Assembly (NCBI GenBank): GCA_943788635.1
Contig: CALSRA010000028.1
Location: 38,520 to 102,519, forward strand
DNA from: an uncultured Alphaproteobacteria bacterium
GTDB lineage: Bacteria > Pseudomonadota > Alphaproteobacteria > UBA8366 > GCA-2717185
Direction of reading: 5' to 3'
Length of the DNA: 64,000 nt
In this document: piece after piece, positions 39,116 through 51,089 of the stretch
Position numbering within the stretch: the stretch's first letter is position 1
Layout of the letters: each line of letters starts with the position of its first letter
The notes under the pieces: model-generated
What the model was told of the DNA's origin: nothing
Seen by the model: the letters and a program-made list of their open reading frames with translations, nothing else
Database searches by the model: none
Translations under genes and position numbers: made by a program

Positions 39116-41254
39116 GTGACGATTGCAAGTGTCGTGAACGACGATGTCGCCACAAAGGGGGCGTTGTCGGGATTGTCCGAGTTGTTTGATGGCGAGCGCG
39201 AACGCTGGGCGCTCTGGTCGCCGGTGCTAATGGGGGCCGGAATTGCCGCGTATTTCGCCATGCCCTTTGAACCGCCGGTCTGGTCGGCGCTCAGTCTCCC
39301 GATTCTCGCTTCGGTCGTTTTTCTGTTGCGGACGAGATGGTCGATACTGAGCCTGTTTATGCTGGCGGCCCTGCTTGCTGCGACCGGGTTCACTACGGCG
39401 CAGGTCCGCAGCATATACGTCGCGGCACCCGTGCTGGCGAAAGCCTATGGCCCGGCGCCGGTGCAGGGCAGGGTCGTGCGGCTTGAGTCTTTTGCGACAA
39501 GTTCCCGGATATTGCTGGATCAGGTGCGGTTGCGGGGGATCGCGGAGTCAGCGACACCGCAATATGTCCGTATCCGCCTGAATCGGTCCGAACAGCCGGT
39601 ATTGGGAACGCGGGTATCTGTTTTTGCCAAACTGATGCCGCCATCCGCCCCGGTGATACCCGGCGGCTACGATTTTCGACGCCGGGCATGGTTTGAGCGT
39701 CTGGGCGGGGTGGGGTTTGCAATGGGCGGTGTCCGATTGCTTGAAAACGATGTTGGGGCAGGGGAACCGGACCTTCGCACCGGAGTTGCAATTTTTCGAC
39801 AGGGTGTCACGGACCGCATCCGCGCGGCGGTGCCGGGTGCTGCTGGCGCGGTTGCCGCGGCATTGATCACCGGCGACCGCAGCGCCATTCCAACGGATGT
39901 CATCGACGCAATGCGGAATTCCGGTTTGGCGCATCTGCTTGCCATTTCAGGACTGCATATGGGGCTGGTCGCAGCCTGCCTCTTTCTTGGTTTTCGTATT
40001 CTCCTGGCGGTCAGCGAAACGGTGACACTGAGGTTTCCGATCAAGAAATGGGCGGCGGTTTTTGCCCTGGTGGGCAGTGCGGGATATCTGATCCTGGCGG
40101 GCGCAACCGTGCCGACGCAACGTGCCTTTCTGATGACAGGGCTGGTGCTGATTGCTGTTTTCTTTGATCGTATCGCGATATCCTTGCGTCTGGTTGCCTG
40201 GGCAGCGGCGGTCATTCTTCTGACCACACCTGAAAGTCTTCTGGGCGCTAGTTTCCAGATGTCTTTTGCAGCCGCCGTGGCGCTTGTATCGGTGTACGAA
40301 CAGGGATGGCGTCCAATGAAAGGGCGCTTTGGCAGTGGTTGGCCCGGTCGCCTGGCTCTGTATTTCGGGGGTGTCGCTCTGACGACGTTGGTCGCGGGGG
40401 CGGTTACCGGGCTATTCGCGATGTATCATTTCGGGCGGATTACCCATTTTGGCCTCGCGGCGAACTTGCTTGCAGTTCCGATGACAGCATTATGGATCAT
40501 GCCGTGGGCCGTTGTTTCGCTGCTGCTGATGCCGTTCGGGCTGGAGGCTCTGGGATTGGTCCCCATGGGATGGGGCATCGAGCAGGTCATCGGCATTGCC
40601 GACACCGTCGGGCATTGGCCGGGGGCGGTCAGTCTCGTGCCGACCATGCCGAGCTGGGGGCTTGCGGCTATTGCTCTTGGGGGATTGTGGCTATGCCTTC
40701 GGCGGCTGCGTTGGCGGTATCTGGGCATTGTGGGGATTGTGGCCGGGCTGCTGTCGATGGCGCTGCATACCCCGCCCGATGTGCTTGTTTCGGATGACGG
40801 CGGGGTGATGGCGGTCCGGTCTCCCGAAGGGGAGCTCGTCATGAACAACAACCGGCGGGACAGGCGCGTGGTTGAATCCTGGCTCACCGCGTCAGGACAG
40901 CAGGTCGCGCGGTATGGCGGCGGCGAAGACGTGCCCGCGACAATGATGTCCTGCGATCCGCTCGCTTGCGTTGCCCATCTTCGCGGGCAGGCAATTGCGC
41001 TGGTGGAAAATGCCCGTGCGCTACAGGAAGACTGCAGCTCGGCGGATATCGTGATCAGCGCGGTGCCTGTCCGTGGGCTATGTCGCTCGGCGGGGCTTGT
41101 TATCGACCGCTTCGACTTGTGGCGTCACGGCGCGCACGCGGTCTGGATTAACCCGCCCGGCCGTCCGGTTGTCAAAACCGTCGCGGATGATTCCGGCACG
41201 CGTCCGTGGTCGCCCGCGCGGGCAAAGGCTTCGCGCGCCGGTACCGATCAGTAG
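39116..41254 (+). CDS. comEC: ComEC/Rec2-family DNA internalisation channel protein
   Basis: The protein is 712 aa and polytopic. It has ...[38 protein letters not shown]... and a GTG start. Confidence 0.8.
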   Translation: MTIASVVNDDVATKGALSGLSELFDGERERWALWSPVLMGAGIAAYFAMPFEPPVWSALSLPILASVVFLLRTRWSILSLFMLAALLAATGFTTAQVRSIYVAAPVLAKAYGPAPVQGRVVRLESFATSSRILLDQVRLRGIAESATPQYVRIRLNRSEQPVLGTRVSVFAKLMPPSAPVIPGGYDFRRRAWFERLGGVGFAMGGVRLLENDVGAGEPDLRTGVAIFRQGVTDRIRAAVPGAAGAVAAALITGDRSAIPTDVIDAMRNSGLAHLLAISGLHMGLVAACLFLGFRILLAVSETVTLRFPIKKWAAVFALVGSAGYLILAGATVPTQRAFLMTGLVLIAVFFDRIAISLRLVAWAAAVILLTTPESLLGASFQMSFAAAVALVSVYEQGWRPMKGRFGSGWPGRLALYFGGVALTTLVAGAVTGLFAMYHFGRITHFGLAANLLAVPMTALWIMPWAVVSLLLMPFGLEALGLVPMGWGIEQVIGIADTVGHWPGAVSLVPTMPSWGLAAIALGGLWLCLRRLRWRYLGIVGIVAGLLSMALHTPPDVLVSDDGGVMAVRSPEGELVMNNNRRDRRVVESWLTASGQQVARYGGGEDVPATMMSCDPLACVAHLRGQAIALVENARALQEDCSSADIVISAVPVRGLCRSAGLVIDRFDLWRHGAHAVWINPPGRPVVKTVADDSGTRPWSPARAKASRAGTDQ

Positions 41255-41952
41255 CGCCGCAGCAGCCCGATCAGCTTGCCCTGCACCTTCACCCGATCCG
41301 GCCCGAAAATGCGCGTCTCATAGGCGGCATTTGCCGGTTCCAGAGCGATTGACTGGCTCTTTTTACGGAATCGCTTGAGAGTGACCTCGTTCTCATCGAT
41401 CAGAGCGACAACAATTGCACCGGTTTCTGCATTGTCGCAGCGTTGAATGATGACGGTGTCGCCATCCAGTATTCCGGCGTCGACCATAGAATCCCCATCA
41501 ACTTCGAGCGCGTAATGTTCGCCCCCGCCAAGCATACTGACCGGTATCTCGACCGCATTGGACTGGTCCCGCAAAGCTTCGATCGGCGTGCCGGCCGCGA
41601 TTTTTCCGTATAGTGGCAGCGGAACGCTTTCAACGCCGCCATCGAAATTACCGCTAGGGAGCGGCGGCGCATATTCGTCGTTGCTGATGACGGTTGGGGA
41701 AAAACCGGACCGGGAACCCAATCCTGCACTTTCGGCATTTTCCGGTAATTTCAGAATTTCCAGTGCCCGTGCCCGATGCGGCAGCCGGCGGATGAATTCA
41801 CGTTCTTCCAGACCGGTAATTAGCCGGTGAATGCCGGATTTTGATTTCAGTCCGAGCGCTTCCTTCATTTCTTCAAAGGATGGCGATACACCGGTATCGG
41901 CCAGTCGTTCCTGAATGAACATCAGTAGCTCGTACTGTTTACGCGTCAGCAT
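41248..41952 (-). CDS. lexA: SOS repressor LexA
   Basis: The start is at the ATG 41952-41950 ([45 protein letters not shown]...). The C-terminal S24 peptidase part is ...[18 protein letters not shown]...TLKRF.... Confidence 0.9.
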   Translation of the reverse strand: MLTRKQYELLMFIQERLADTGVSPSFEEMKEALGLKSKSGIHRLITGLEEREFIRRLPHRARALEILKLPENAESAGLGSRSGFSPTVISNDEYAPPLPSGNFDGGVESVPLPLYGKIAAGTPIEALRDQSNAVEIPVSMLGGGEHYALEVDGDSMVDAGILDGDTVIIQRCDNAETGAIVVALIDENEVTLKRFRKKSQSIALEPANAAYETRIFGPDRVKVQGKLIGLLRRY

Positions 41953-42027
41953 GGAAATTCCCCTCTCCGCTTGCCGTACCCGTTTAGGCACCACAAGATA
42001 TGGAACAAAACCAAAACACTTGCACAT

Positions 42028-42042
42028 GTTCTAGTTTGGTTC
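42028..42042. promoter_or_regulatory. alphaproteobacterial LexA box GTTC-N7-GTTC upstream of lexA
   Basis: GTTCTAGTTTGGTTC (GAACCAAACTAGAAC on the lexA strand) lies 76 nt upstream of the lexA ATG. A degenerate second copy, GAACAAAACCAAAAC, lies at 42003-42017. Confidence 0.7.
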
Positions 42043-42099
42043 GCGTTTTGGATCAAGCGGAAATTCGAAATTTCGCGATTTGGGCGAGATGGGGCCTGT

Positions 42100-43314
42100 C
42101 TACACGCCTAACATGCCATCCGGCAGTGGAACATAATGGACCGTATCGCCGGGTTTCGCGGCCGGCGCATGTGGTTCGCGAATGACAAGGCAATCGGCAT
42201 GGGCAAGGCGGGAGAACATTGAACTGTCCTGTTTGGGAAACGGCGTCACCAGCGGGCCACCAGTGGAATCATAGGAAAGTTGCGCCCGCAAGTAATCCTC
42301 ACGGCGATCGTTTTCTCCCAGGGGCATTGTCAGGCGGGCTGATTTGCGCGGTTGCGCGGTGCTAATGACGCCCTGCATGCGATCCAGTGCCGGTAACATG
42401 AAAATAATGGCGCAAACCAGCGATGAAACCGGGTTTCCGGGCAGCCCCAGAACCGGTGTACCGTGAACATGACCGAACAAAAGGGGTTTGCCGGGTCGCA
42501 TGGCAATTTGCCAGAAATCGAGATCAAGGCCGGCTTCGCCAAGAACGCTCTGCACCAGGTCGTGCTCGCCGACGGAAACACCGCCTGTCGTGACCAGAAG
42601 GTCGGCGCCGCGTGCGCCGCTGGCCATGGATGCCAGCGCGTCGCGGTTATCCGGGGCGATGCCCAGTGAAATGGGGATTCCGCCACGTGCCTGCACAAAG
42701 GCGGCCAGGGCCAGGCCGTTCGAGCTGACGATCTGATTGGGGCCGACGGGGTCGCCGGGCATGACCACTTCGTCGCCGGTCGCGAGAATGGCAACGCGCG
42801 GCTGTCGGTGTACCATCAGCCAGGGCCGGTTCATGGCTGCGGCGAGGCCGATATCGCGCGCCGAAATGGTTTTCCCTGCCTTGATCAGGATGTTGCCTTC
42901 CTGAAAGTCCAGGCCTGCCGGTCTGACGTAGTGGCCTACCGGAACGGAAACTTTCACAGCGACAAGATTATCTTCCGCGACCGTATCTTCCTGAATGACG
43001 ATGGCATCGGCGCCGGGAGGTACGGGACCGCCGGTAAATATCCGGACACATTGCCCGGGCCCGATTTCCCCTTGATGGGCGCCGCCGGCGGGCGCGGCAC
43101 CAACGACTTCAAGCGTGGCGGGCACATTGGCGGTATCTGCGGCGCGGACGGCATATCCATCCATCGCGGAAACCGCCATTGGCGGCTGTGTCCGGCGGGA
43201 TGCCAGGTCTTCGGCCATAACCCGGCCCAGTGCATCCGTCAGGCTGACCTGTTCGGCGGGCAAGGGGGAAAAGGCGTCGAGTATGCGTTGACGGGCTTCA
43301 GCGACTGCGAGCAT
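42100..43314 (-). CDS. moeA: molybdopterin molybdenumtransferase MoeA
   Basis: The protein is 404 aa. It contains ...SAMDGYAVRAADT... and ...LLVTTGGVSVGEHDLV.... Confidence 0.88.
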   Translation of the reverse strand: MLAVAEARQRILDAFSPLPAEQVSLTDALGRVMAEDLASRRTQPPMAVSAMDGYAVRAADTANVPATLEVVGAAPAGGAHQGEIGPGQCVRIFTGGPVPPGADAIVIQEDTVAEDNLVAVKVSVPVGHYVRPAGLDFQEGNILIKAGKTISARDIGLAAAMNRPWLMVHRQPRVAILATGDEVVMPGDPVGPNQIVSSNGLALAAFVQARGGIPISLGIAPDNRDALASMASGARGADLLVTTGGVSVGEHDLVQSVLGEAGLDLDFWQIAMRPGKPLLFGHVHGTPVLGLPGNPVSSLVCAIIFMLPALDRMQGVISTAQPRKSARLTMPLGENDRREDYLRAQLSYDSTGGPLVTPFPKQDSSMFSRLAHADCLVIREPHAPAAKPGDTVHYVPLPDGMLGV

Positions 43315-43802
43315 CAGGTACCTTCATAAACGCCGGATTTACCGCCGGCTTTGTGGATCAGGCGGATATCGCCAATCCGCATGCCGCGATCGACGGCTTT
43401 GCACATGTCGTAAACAGTAAGCGCCGCGATGGAGACGGCGGTAAGGGCCTCCATTTCGACACCGGTGCGACCCTTCAGCTTGCAGGTTGCTTTGATATCG
43501 ACCGCGTTACGTTCAGCATCGACGACAAGGTCGACCTTGACCGAACTGAGCGCCAGCGGATGGCACAGGGGAATCAGGTCGGGCGTTTTCTTTGCCCCCA
43601 TGATCCCGGCCAATTGGGCGACGGAAAGGACGTCACCCTTTTTGACCCCCCCGTCAAGGATCAGCCGGACGGTTTCGGGAAGCATCGTGATGCTGCCTGC
43701 CGCCGTGGCGGTGCGCTCGGTTTCATCCTTGCCGCCGACATCGACCATGATCGCATTGCCGTCGTCGTCGAAATGGGTTAGCGCGGTCATTTGCTGCCTC
43801 AA
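43314..43802 (-). CDS. moaC: cyclic pyranopterin monophosphate synthase MoaC
   Basis: The protein is 162 aa. It contains ...[18 protein letters not shown]... and ...[15 protein letters not shown].... Confidence 0.9.
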   Translation of the reverse strand: MRQQMTALTHFDDDGNAIMVDVGGKDETERTATAAGSITMLPETVRLILDGGVKKGDVLSVAQLAGIMGAKKTPDLIPLCHPLALSSVKVDLVVDAERNAVDIKATCKLKGRTGVEMEALTAVSIAALTVYDMCKAVDRGMRIGDIRLIHKAGGKSGVYEGT

Positions 43803-44606
43803 GCCGTTGCGGCGAGAGGGTGGGAGAGGATTGCACGCGTGGCGGCGGTGACATCTTCCTGCCGCATCAGGGATTCGCCGATCAGAAAACAGCGCACCCC
43901 GACAGTGGCGCAGCGCGCGAGGTCTTCTGGCGAACCGAGCCCGCTTTCGCCCACTGCAATACGATCTGCCGGAACCAGCGTTGCGAGCCGTTCCGTTGTC
44001 GCCAGATCGACGTCGAGGGTCTTCAGATTCCGGTTATTGACGCCGAGCAGACGGGATTTGAGGTTCAGCGCACGATCGAGTTCGGTCTCGTCATGGACTT
44101 CAACCAGCACATCCATGCCGAGTTCATGCGCCAGCGCTTCGAGTTCAGATGCCTGGATGTCATCGAGCGCAGCCATGATCAGCAGGATGCAGTCGGCACC
44201 AATCGCCCGGGCTTCATAGAACTGATAGGGGTCGAGCATGAAATCCTTGCGCAAGACCGGCAGGTCCGTCGCCATGCGCGCGGCGGTCAGATAGTCGTTG
44301 CGGCCCTGGAAATACGGCGTATCCGTCAGGATGGACAGGCATGTTGCCCCCGCCGGACTGATACGCCCGCGCCAGCGCCGAAGGGGCGAAATCCTCACGG
44401 ATCAGGCCTTTGCTTGGCGATGCCTTTTTCAATTCCGCGATCAGCCCGTAGCCACTCGCCGATGCGGCGGCAAGACTGTCTGCGAAAGGACGAATTGTCG
44501 GTGCGCTGAGGGCGCGCGCCTTCATATCCTCAAGCGAGACCTGCGCCTTCATCGTGGCGATATGATCGCGTTTGTCGTTGCAGATGCGTTCCAGCACGTC
44601 GCTCAT
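43799..44606 (-). pseudogene. trpC: indole-3-glycerol-phosphate synthase TrpC, +1 frameshift
   Basis: The upstream frame reads ...[32 protein letters not shown], and the downstream frame reads [20 protein letters not shown].... They join if one C is removed from the C5 run at 44347-44351 (plus strand). Confidence 0.85.
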
Positions 44607-45637
44607 ACGCTGACCTCATTGGTGATGGCGACCAGCGCTTCGAGGCTGCGCCGGGCGCTGCCGTCGGCGATCGCGTTCGACGCAATTTCAACGCCGTCCC
44701 GCAGGTCCGACGCTTTTCCGGCAATTTTCAACGCGGCGGCGGCGCCGAAAAGCACGATGTCGCGATAGGCGCTTTTCTCACCATCGAGCACCGCACGAAT
44801 GGCGGCTGCATTGTATTCCGCATCGCCACCCTTCAGGTCAGCCGCCAGACCGAGCGGCAGCCCGGCATCCTGTGGTGAAAGCTCGAACCGGTTGATCTTG
44901 CCGTTGTGGTACTCGCAGACCGTTGAGGGGCCTGTCGTGGTCAATTCGTCCAGTCCATCGGAACCATGTACGACCCAGGCCCGCTCCGCGCCCAGTACGC
45001 CCAGCGTTTCCGCCATCGGCTCAACCCATTTTTCGAGATAGGTGCCGACCAGCAGGAACTTTACATCGGCGGGGTTGGATAGCGGGCCGAGGATATTGAA
45101 AATGGTTGGTGTGCCGAGTTCAATGCGTGTCGGCATCACGTTGCGCATGGCGCCATGATGGCGCTGGGCCATCATGAAACAGATTCCGGCTTCGTCGAGC
45201 GCCTTTTCCAGCAAGGGAAAATCCGCGTCGAGATTGAGGCCCAGCGCGCTGAGCACGTCCGCTGCACCGGATTTCGACGTCGCTGCCCGGTTGCCATGCT
45301 TGGCGACGGGCACGCCACAGCCGGCAACAACCAGTGCCGTGCACGTTGATATGTTATAGGTCCCCGAACGGTCACCGCCGGTGCCGACGATGTCCATGGC
45401 GCCTTCCGGTGCCCTGATATGCGTCGCCTTCGCCCGCATCGTGGTGGCGGCGCCGGTGATTTCCTCCACCGTTTCGCCGCGCGTCCGCAGGGCCAACAGC
45501 AATCCGCCCATCTGGGACGCGGTGGCGTCGCCCGACATCATGATGTCGAATGCCTGCCGGGATTCATCGGCCGTCAGGGTGCCGCCGCCGGCGACTTTTC
45601 CCAGCAATGCCTTGAATGTTTCGGCGTTATCGCTCAT
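44603..45637 (-). CDS. trpD: anthranilate phosphoribosyltransferase TrpD
   Basis: The protein is 344 aa. It contains ...[38 protein letters not shown].... Confidence 0.9.
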   Translation of the reverse strand: MSDNAETFKALLGKVAGGGTLTADESRQAFDIMMSGDATASQMGGLLLALRTRGETVEEITGAATTMRAKATHIRAPEGAMDIVGTGGDRSGTYNISTCTALVVAGCGVPVAKHGNRAATSKSGAADVLSALGLNLDADFPLLEKALDEAGICFMMAQRHHGAMRNVMPTRIELGTPTIFNILGPLSNPADVKFLLVGTYLEKWVEPMAETLGVLGAERAWVVHGSDGLDELTTTGPSTVCEYHNGKINRFELSPQDAGLPLGLAADLKGGDAEYNAAAIRAVLDGEKSAYRDIVLFGAAAALKIAGKASDLRDGVEIASNAIADGSARRSLEALVAITNEVSV

Positions 45638-46221
45638 GCCGCGTCCCTGTATTTTCGGGTCATTTCCAGGAAATTGCCAAGCAGTTCATGCCCCTGCTGC
45701 GAAGCAATGCTTTCCGGGTGGAACTGCACGCCATAAAGCGGGAAGTCCTTGTGCGCGATGCCCATGATGATTCCGTCATCGGTCTCTGCGGTGATGTTCA
45801 GGCAGTCGGGCAGGGAGTCCCGCTCGATGATCAGCGAATGATACCGCGTTGCCGTGAAGGGGTTTGGCAGGCCTTTGAAGACATCCGTGCCGTGATGGCG
45901 CATTTCGCTCATCTTGCCGTGCATACAGACGGGGGCGCGGACGATCTTGCCGCCCATGGCCTGGCCGATGCACTGATGACCAAGGCAGACACCCAGCAGG
46001 GGAATCTTGCCCGCAACCGCATTCACGAGGTCAAGGCATATGCCGGCCCGGTCCGGATCGCAGGGGCCCGGTGAAATCACGATCCCCTGTGGGTTCAATG
46101 CCAGGATTTCGTCAACCGTGATGGCGTCGTTGCGGTGGACCTTGAAGTCCGCACCCAGCTCGCCCAGGAAATGCCACAGATTATAGGTGAAGCTGTCGTA
46201 ATTATCGATTAACAGGTACAT
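45634..46221 (-). CDS. trpG: anthranilate synthase component II / aminodeoxychorismate synthase glutamine amidotransferase
   Basis: The protein is 195 aa. It has [19 protein letters not shown], ...[13 protein letters not shown]... and ...GVQFHPES.... Confidence 0.88.
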   Translation of the reverse strand: MYLLIDNYDSFTYNLWHFLGELGADFKVHRNDAITVDEILALNPQGIVISPGPCDPDRAGICLDLVNAVAGKIPLLGVCLGHQCIGQAMGGKIVRAPVCMHGKMSEMRHHGTDVFKGLPNPFTATRYHSLIIERDSLPDCLNITAETDDGIIMGIAHKDFPLYGVQFHPESIASQQGHELLGNFLEMTRKYRDAA

Positions 46222-46334
46222 TTCAATGCCTTGTCACGCCTTCTTCAGACGCGGACTTTGTTATGGATGCGCCCGTTATAGCAGGTACCGATTGACGACG
46301 GAAGGAATCTGCGGGTCCGTGAAGAACCGACGTG

Positions 46335-47087
46335 TCAGCGTCCCTTGAACACCGGTTTGCGTTTTTCCTTGAAGGCGCGACCACCTTCTTTCTGGTCTTC
46401 GCTGCGCGTAATCGCCAGCAGGTCACGGCGAGCCAGTGCGGCCTGTTCGGAGGGACCGCGGGGCATGACCTCATTGCGGATAAACCGCTTCAGGGTGCTC
46501 ATCACCAGTGGGGCGCTGTCCCGGAATATTTCGGCATATTCCATCGCGGCCTCGATATGCTTTCCCTTGGGGACGACCTTGTTGACCATGCCGACTTCAT
46601 AGGCGCGCTGGGCGCTGAAATGTTTGCCCGACAGCATGAACTCCATGGCGATCTTATAGGGGATGCGCGCGGCGCAACCGGCGATAAGTCCGCCGCATAA
46701 CCCGACCTGTGCTTCCGGATACAGGAAATCGGCCGTTTCGTCGGCGATGGCCATGTCACAGAACTGCACCAGAACATAGGCGCCACCGACACAATATCCG
46801 TTGACGGCAGCGATAATGGGCTTGTCCACATCAACGCCGACACCCGGCATGCACTCCCAAAGTTCAGGGTCCGAGGGAGGATCGGTCAGGTCGGCACCGA
46901 CGGAAAAGGCGCGCTCCCCGGTTCCCGTGACAATAGCGCAGCGATCGTCACTATCCCTGAATCGGATAAAGGCATCGCGAATCTGCGCAACAACGTCGTT
47001 GCTCAGTGCGTTCAGTTTCTCCGGGCGGTTGATGGCGATCGTCGCAATCATGTCTTTGGATGTGTAGGTAACCAGTTCGCTGCTCAA
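46335..47087 (-). CDS. enoyl-CoA hydratase/isomerase (crotonase) family protein
   Basis: It contains ...MIATIAINRPEKLNAL..., ...FSVGADL... and ...IIAAVNGYCVGGA.... The start is uncertain: I placed it at a TTG giving MSSELVTYTSKD, while the tracked ORF reaches 47138. Confidence 0.7.
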   Translation of the reverse strand: MSSELVTYTSKDMIATIAINRPEKLNALSNDVVAQIRDAFIRFRDSDDRCAIVTGTGERAFSVGADLTDPPSDPELWECMPGVGVDVDKPIIAAVNGYCVGGAYVLVQFCDMAIADETADFLYPEAQVGLCGGLIAGCAARIPYKIAMEFMLSGKHFSAQRAYEVGMVNKVVPKGKHIEAAMEYAEIFRDSAPLVMSTLKRFIRNEVMPRGPSEQAALARRDLLAITRSEDQKEGGRAFKEKRKPVFKGR

Positions 47088-47169
47088 GATGATTCTCACA
47101 TGCTGATTGTTTGAATTCGGATGCCTGAATTGCAGCACAATGCCGGGTGCTTGGCAATCCGCCGCCGGG

Positions 47170-47912
47170 TCATGTGGAAACAGGACGGCCGAAGACCCGT
47201 GCAGGCGCGCCGTCAGAATGGGTAATGTTCAGGGCGGAGAACATGAACTCCGCGCGGTTGCCGGCCAGCGGTTTCAGATTGCGAAGATGCTCGCCGATGA
47301 TGGACGCCATGGGCCAGCAGGGTGCGATGGACCGGAAAGGCGAAATCGTCCGGGCGTTGCGCCGAAGGCAGGTCTGGGGTCGGCCAGTCGACCGCCAGCA
47401 TCTTCACCTTTTTCGCGACAACCCATTCTGCCGCCTCGCAGTTCAACCAGGGATGTTTGTTATCGTATTCATCGGTACCGACGCGGTCGCTCCAGTTCGA
47501 ATTCAGCACCAGGATGTCGCCCGGCCCGATATCATCGTCGAATGCCGCAAGCTGCGCCGCCGTAATCTCACCGGTCGGACTGACATCAATTTCGCAGACG
47601 GGGCCATCGCCATGCAGGCGTTCGAACCGGAATTTCGTCGAATGACGGACCATCCATGAAGAAGTGGCGCGGCGCGTCGACATGGGTACCCAGATGAACC
47701 ACCATCTGGATTTCCGTCACGTTGGAATGGTGGTCGGGCATCGTCTGGACCTGCTCGAAGCGGGGCGCGGGAAAGAACGGGATGCGCAGCATGCGATCGT
47801 TCAACTGATGAGACAGGTCGATCCAGGGACCGGTCGGAACCGGTAGCGGTGCCGCTGGCAGATCCATCCAGCCTTTCCAGCCCAATCCCACGATGCTTGG
47901 TGTGTCGCACAT
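47170..47912 (-). pseudogene. cyclase-family (kynurenine formamidase-like) protein, two +1 frameshifts
   Basis: ...THVDAPRHFFMDGPSFDEIP joins FERLHGDGPVCEIDVS... with one extra base at 47627-47628. ...FPVHRTLLAHGV joins IIGEHLRNLKPLAGNRAEFMFSALNITHSDGAPARVF...* with one extra base at 47302-47303. Confidence 0.7.
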
Positions 47913-48043
47913 GCCTTGATGTTCCTCCCTGGTTGTTTCCTTGGGCCCCATTGTACAGGCAAATCGCCTTGCACTAAGCTATCAGTTGAAAATCGGTGTC
48001 CGGGAGCGAAAAATTGCCGGGCGCCGTAACCTAGGGAGGAACT

Positions 48044-49700
48044 GTGAAAATGGCGTTGAATGGATCCGAGATCATTGCCCGTGCCCTGAAACGGCACGGC
48101 GTCGAGAATTTTTTCTACATCATGGGCGGCCCGATGATGTCGGCTGAGCTGGAGACCATGGGGCAGGATATTCGCGGTGTCGATGTGCGCCACGAGCAGG
48201 CCGCTGCCTTGATGGCGCATGCCTATGCGCGGCTTCGCAACGTGCCGGGTATTTGCATGGCGGCATCCGGCCCGGGGGTCACGAACCTTGTTACCGGTAT
48301 TGCTCATGCCTGGGCGGATTGTACGCCGGTTATCGCGCTTGGCGGATCGTCGCCCTACGGCATGTCGGGGCAGGGTGGGTTCCAGGAGATTGACCAGGTG
48401 GACGATGATGGCACCCTGCACCAAATGGTCCGAACGGGTTTATGATCCGGCGCGGATCCCCGAATACATCAACAGGGCTTTTCAGACGGCAATGTCCGGT
48501 AAACCCGGGCCGGTCTATCTCGATTTTCCCGGCGACGTGCTGTACCGCAAGGTTGAGGAAGATACGATTGTCTGGCCGGAACCCTGGGACCCCGCCAAGC
48601 GCTCGCGTCCGCAGGCCGGCAGTGAGCAGGTCAGCGAAATCATTGCGATGCTGGAACAGGCGGAACGGCCGGTCATCGTTTCCGGTAGCGGCATCCAGTG
48701 GTCCGGCGCCGAAACGGCGATGCAGGATTTTGTCGAAACGGCTGGTATCCCGTTTTACACGACTCCGCAAAGCCGTGGTGTCATTCCCGAAGACCATGAA
48801 TATTGTTACCTGACCGCGCGGTCGGCGGCGTTCCGGGAAGCGGACCTGATCTTTGTGCTTGGCACGCGCATGAACTACGTGATCGGCCATGCGGCACCGC
48901 CGCGTTTCAATGCGGATGCAAAGATCGTGCGGATTGATGTAGACCCGCTCGAACTTGAAAGCAGCCCGCGCAAGCTCGACCTTGGCGTTGTCGGTGACGC
49001 GAAAGTGGTCCTGGAGCAATTGACGGCAGCGGCAAAAGGCAGATTGTCACCGTCCAGTTTCCAAAGCTGGCGCGAACGGCTTGGCGGCAGCAATGCCAGC
49101 AAGGTGGCGGAACAGGAAAAGGTCCTTTCCAACAGTTCGGAACCGATCCATCCGCTGCGCCTGTGCAAGGAAATCCGGGACTTCCTCGACCGTGACGCCA
49201 TTCTCGTGGTCGACGGGCAGGAAATCCTGAACTTCGGTCGCCAGTCGATTCCGACATTCGCGCCACGCCACCGGATGAATTCCGGCTGTTTTGGCACGAT
49301 GGGCGTCGGCCTGCCGATGGGGCTGGGGGCGAAAGTCGCTTCGCCGGACAAGCAGGTCATTGTGCTGCATGGTGATGGGTCCTTTGGCATGAATGCCATG
49401 GAGATGGATACCGCCGCCCGCCACAACATCCCCGTTACCTGTGTCATCAGCATGAACGGTGGCTGGACTGCCGATCCGGACAAGGTCAAGCCGGGCCGGG
49501 ACCTTGGTTACAAACGCTACGACAAGATGGCGGAAGCGCTGGGGGCACATGGCGAATATGTCGAGAAGCCGGAGGATATCCGTGGTGCGCTGGAACGCGC
49601 GCGCGAGGCCAACAAGGCGGGTAAACCGGCATTGGTCAACGTTCTGACCGACGCGAATGCCGGTGCCACAACCACGGCATTTACCCGCTACGCGACCTGA
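48044..49700 (+). pseudogene. TPP-dependent enzyme of the acetolactate synthase / oxalyl-CoA decarboxylase superfamily, +1 frameshift
   Basis: The N-terminal PYR domain (MALNGSEIIARALKRHGVENFFY...GGFQEIDQV) continues in the +1 frame as ...MMAPCTKWSERVYDPARIPEYINRAF.... The slip is at GG 48400-48401. The C-terminal TPP-binding part contains ...VLHGDGSFGMN.... Confidence 0.75.
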
Positions 49701-49715
49701 TCGTTTGCAACGCGG

Positions 49716-50381
49716 TTATGTGAAAAGCCGCGCATGAATATGACCGGCGGCGCCGATGCCGGGTTCGACAATAACGTTGAATCCGGCATCGGCGAACGTC
49801 AGGGACTTTTCGCGGTCCCGTGTTCCGTGTCCGCTCAACAGGTGGATACCGCCGGCGAGACCGGCATTCTTCCCGGCTTCGATGTCACTGGCGGAATCAC
49901 CGATAATCCAGGACCTTGCAAGGTCGAGATTCAGGGCTGTCGCGGCATCGTGTATCATGCCGGGTCCCGGCTTGCGCCATGCATGGCCCGCGCGGTCATA
50001 GGGCGGTTTCCCTTCCGCGTGATAGGCGCAGGCGAGCACCATCTCGAAATGCGCATCGGCGGTGGCAAGATGGCGCGACAGGGCTTCCTGAATCGCGGCG
50101 AATTCCGGCCAGCCATAATAGCCCCGCCCGACACCGGACTGGTTCGTGACCAGAATGACGGGAATACGCGAGGCATTGCACAGGCGAATGGTTTCCGCGG
50201 CGCCGGAGAGAACCTCCATATCCTCGATCCGGTGCAGGTAGTTGGTTTCCGCAACGACAACCCCGTCACGGTCCAGAAATATCGCCGGGCGAGGGGTCGC
50301 TGCCGGAGATGCATCAGAATTAATCTGCCGCCACAATCCGGGGCTGCCCGGAACGGTCGATAGCGGATCCGGTTCCCTCAC
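49716..50381 (-). CDS. gmhB: HAD-IIIA phosphatase, D-glycero-D-manno-heptose 1,7-bisphosphate phosphatase (GmhB)-like
   Basis: The motifs FLDRDGVVV, ...VILVTNQSGVGRGYY..., ...RKPGPGMI... and ...IIGDSASDIEAGKNAGL are present. The gene overlaps the upstream GT2 gene by 4 bp. Confidence 0.7.
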   Translation of the reverse strand: MREPDPLSTVPGSPGLWRQINSDASPAATPRPAIFLDRDGVVVAETNYLHRIEDMEVLSGAAETIRLCNASRIPVILVTNQSGVGRGYYGWPEFAAIQEALSRHLATADAHFEMVLACAYHAEGKPPYDRAGHAWRKPGPGMIHDAATALNLDLARSWIIGDSASDIEAGKNAGLAGGIHLLSGHGTRDREKSLTFADAGFNVIVEPGIGAAGHIHARLFT

Positions 50382-51088
50382 GGATTGGACGCGCGCAGTT
50401 GCAGGATTTCAAAGCTGGTCCGCAGCGGTTGGACGCGGTCGGATTCAAACTTGGCCGGCCAGACTTCACGAAGGAGTCCGGACAGGGTCATGCTGGTATC
50501 CGGGGAAATACCAATTGTCTGGAATGCATCGAATGATGCGAGCATGTGTATCGGCCATTGCATCGCCGCAATACGCTGCAGCATTTCATAGGGGCCGCTA
50601 TAGGCGCCCGCGTAATAGGCGCTTTCGTCCAGTCCGCCCGCCGCAATGGCCGATTCGCGGCGCATGAACACGGTGTGTACGGAGTGTTCGTCGACCGTGT
50701 CGCCATAGGGGTTTGCGAGCACGGTGTTTTCATCCGGAGAAGAATCGGCCTGCTGCAGCCACTCTGTCAGTGCGTTATCGGGAAGTTCCGCATCTGCATC
50801 GAAATAGACGACATATTTGCCGCGCGCCATTGTCAGTGCGGTATTGAAGCCGATATTGCGGTTGTACAGGAACTCGTTCTGGCCGTAGACGAAGACGTAG
50901 TCAGCTTTTGCCATCATTTGCGGGCTTTCTCGGTCAAAAGCGTCGCTGCAGATGATTTCGTAGTCCTGGCGGTCCAGCGTCTGGCGCTCGAGATGACGGA
51001 TCAGGCTGTCGTAGCGGGACCCGTTGGTATCGGACAACAGAATGGAAAGCCGCGGCGTCCCCGTCTGTTTGGCGGGTGATTTCCGCAT
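50378..51088 (-). CDS. family 2-like glycosyltransferase
   Basis: The start is at the ATG 51088-51086 (MRKSPAKQTGTPRLSILLSDTNGSRYDSLIRHLERQTLDRQDYEIICSD...). The DxD-type motif is YFDADAEL. The protein is 236 aa. Confidence 0.55.
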   Translation of the reverse strand: MRKSPAKQTGTPRLSILLSDTNGSRYDSLIRHLERQTLDRQDYEIICSDAFDRESPQMMAKADYVFVYGQNEFLYNRNIGFNTALTMARGKYVVYFDADAELPDNALTEWLQQADSSPDENTVLANPYGDTVDEHSVHTVFMRRESAIAAGGLDESAYYAGAYSGPYEMLQRIAAMQWPIHMLASFDAFQTIGISPDTSMTLSGLLREVWPAKFESDRVQPLRTSFEILQLRASNP

Positions 51089-51089
51089 T

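Noticed and set aside
39375-40900. I examined multiple 60-190-aa ORFs in other frames and on the other strand inside comEC.
   Set aside because: They lie entirely within a well-supported 712-aa membrane protein gene in a GC-rich stretch. They are Arg/Pro/Ala-rich with no motifs.
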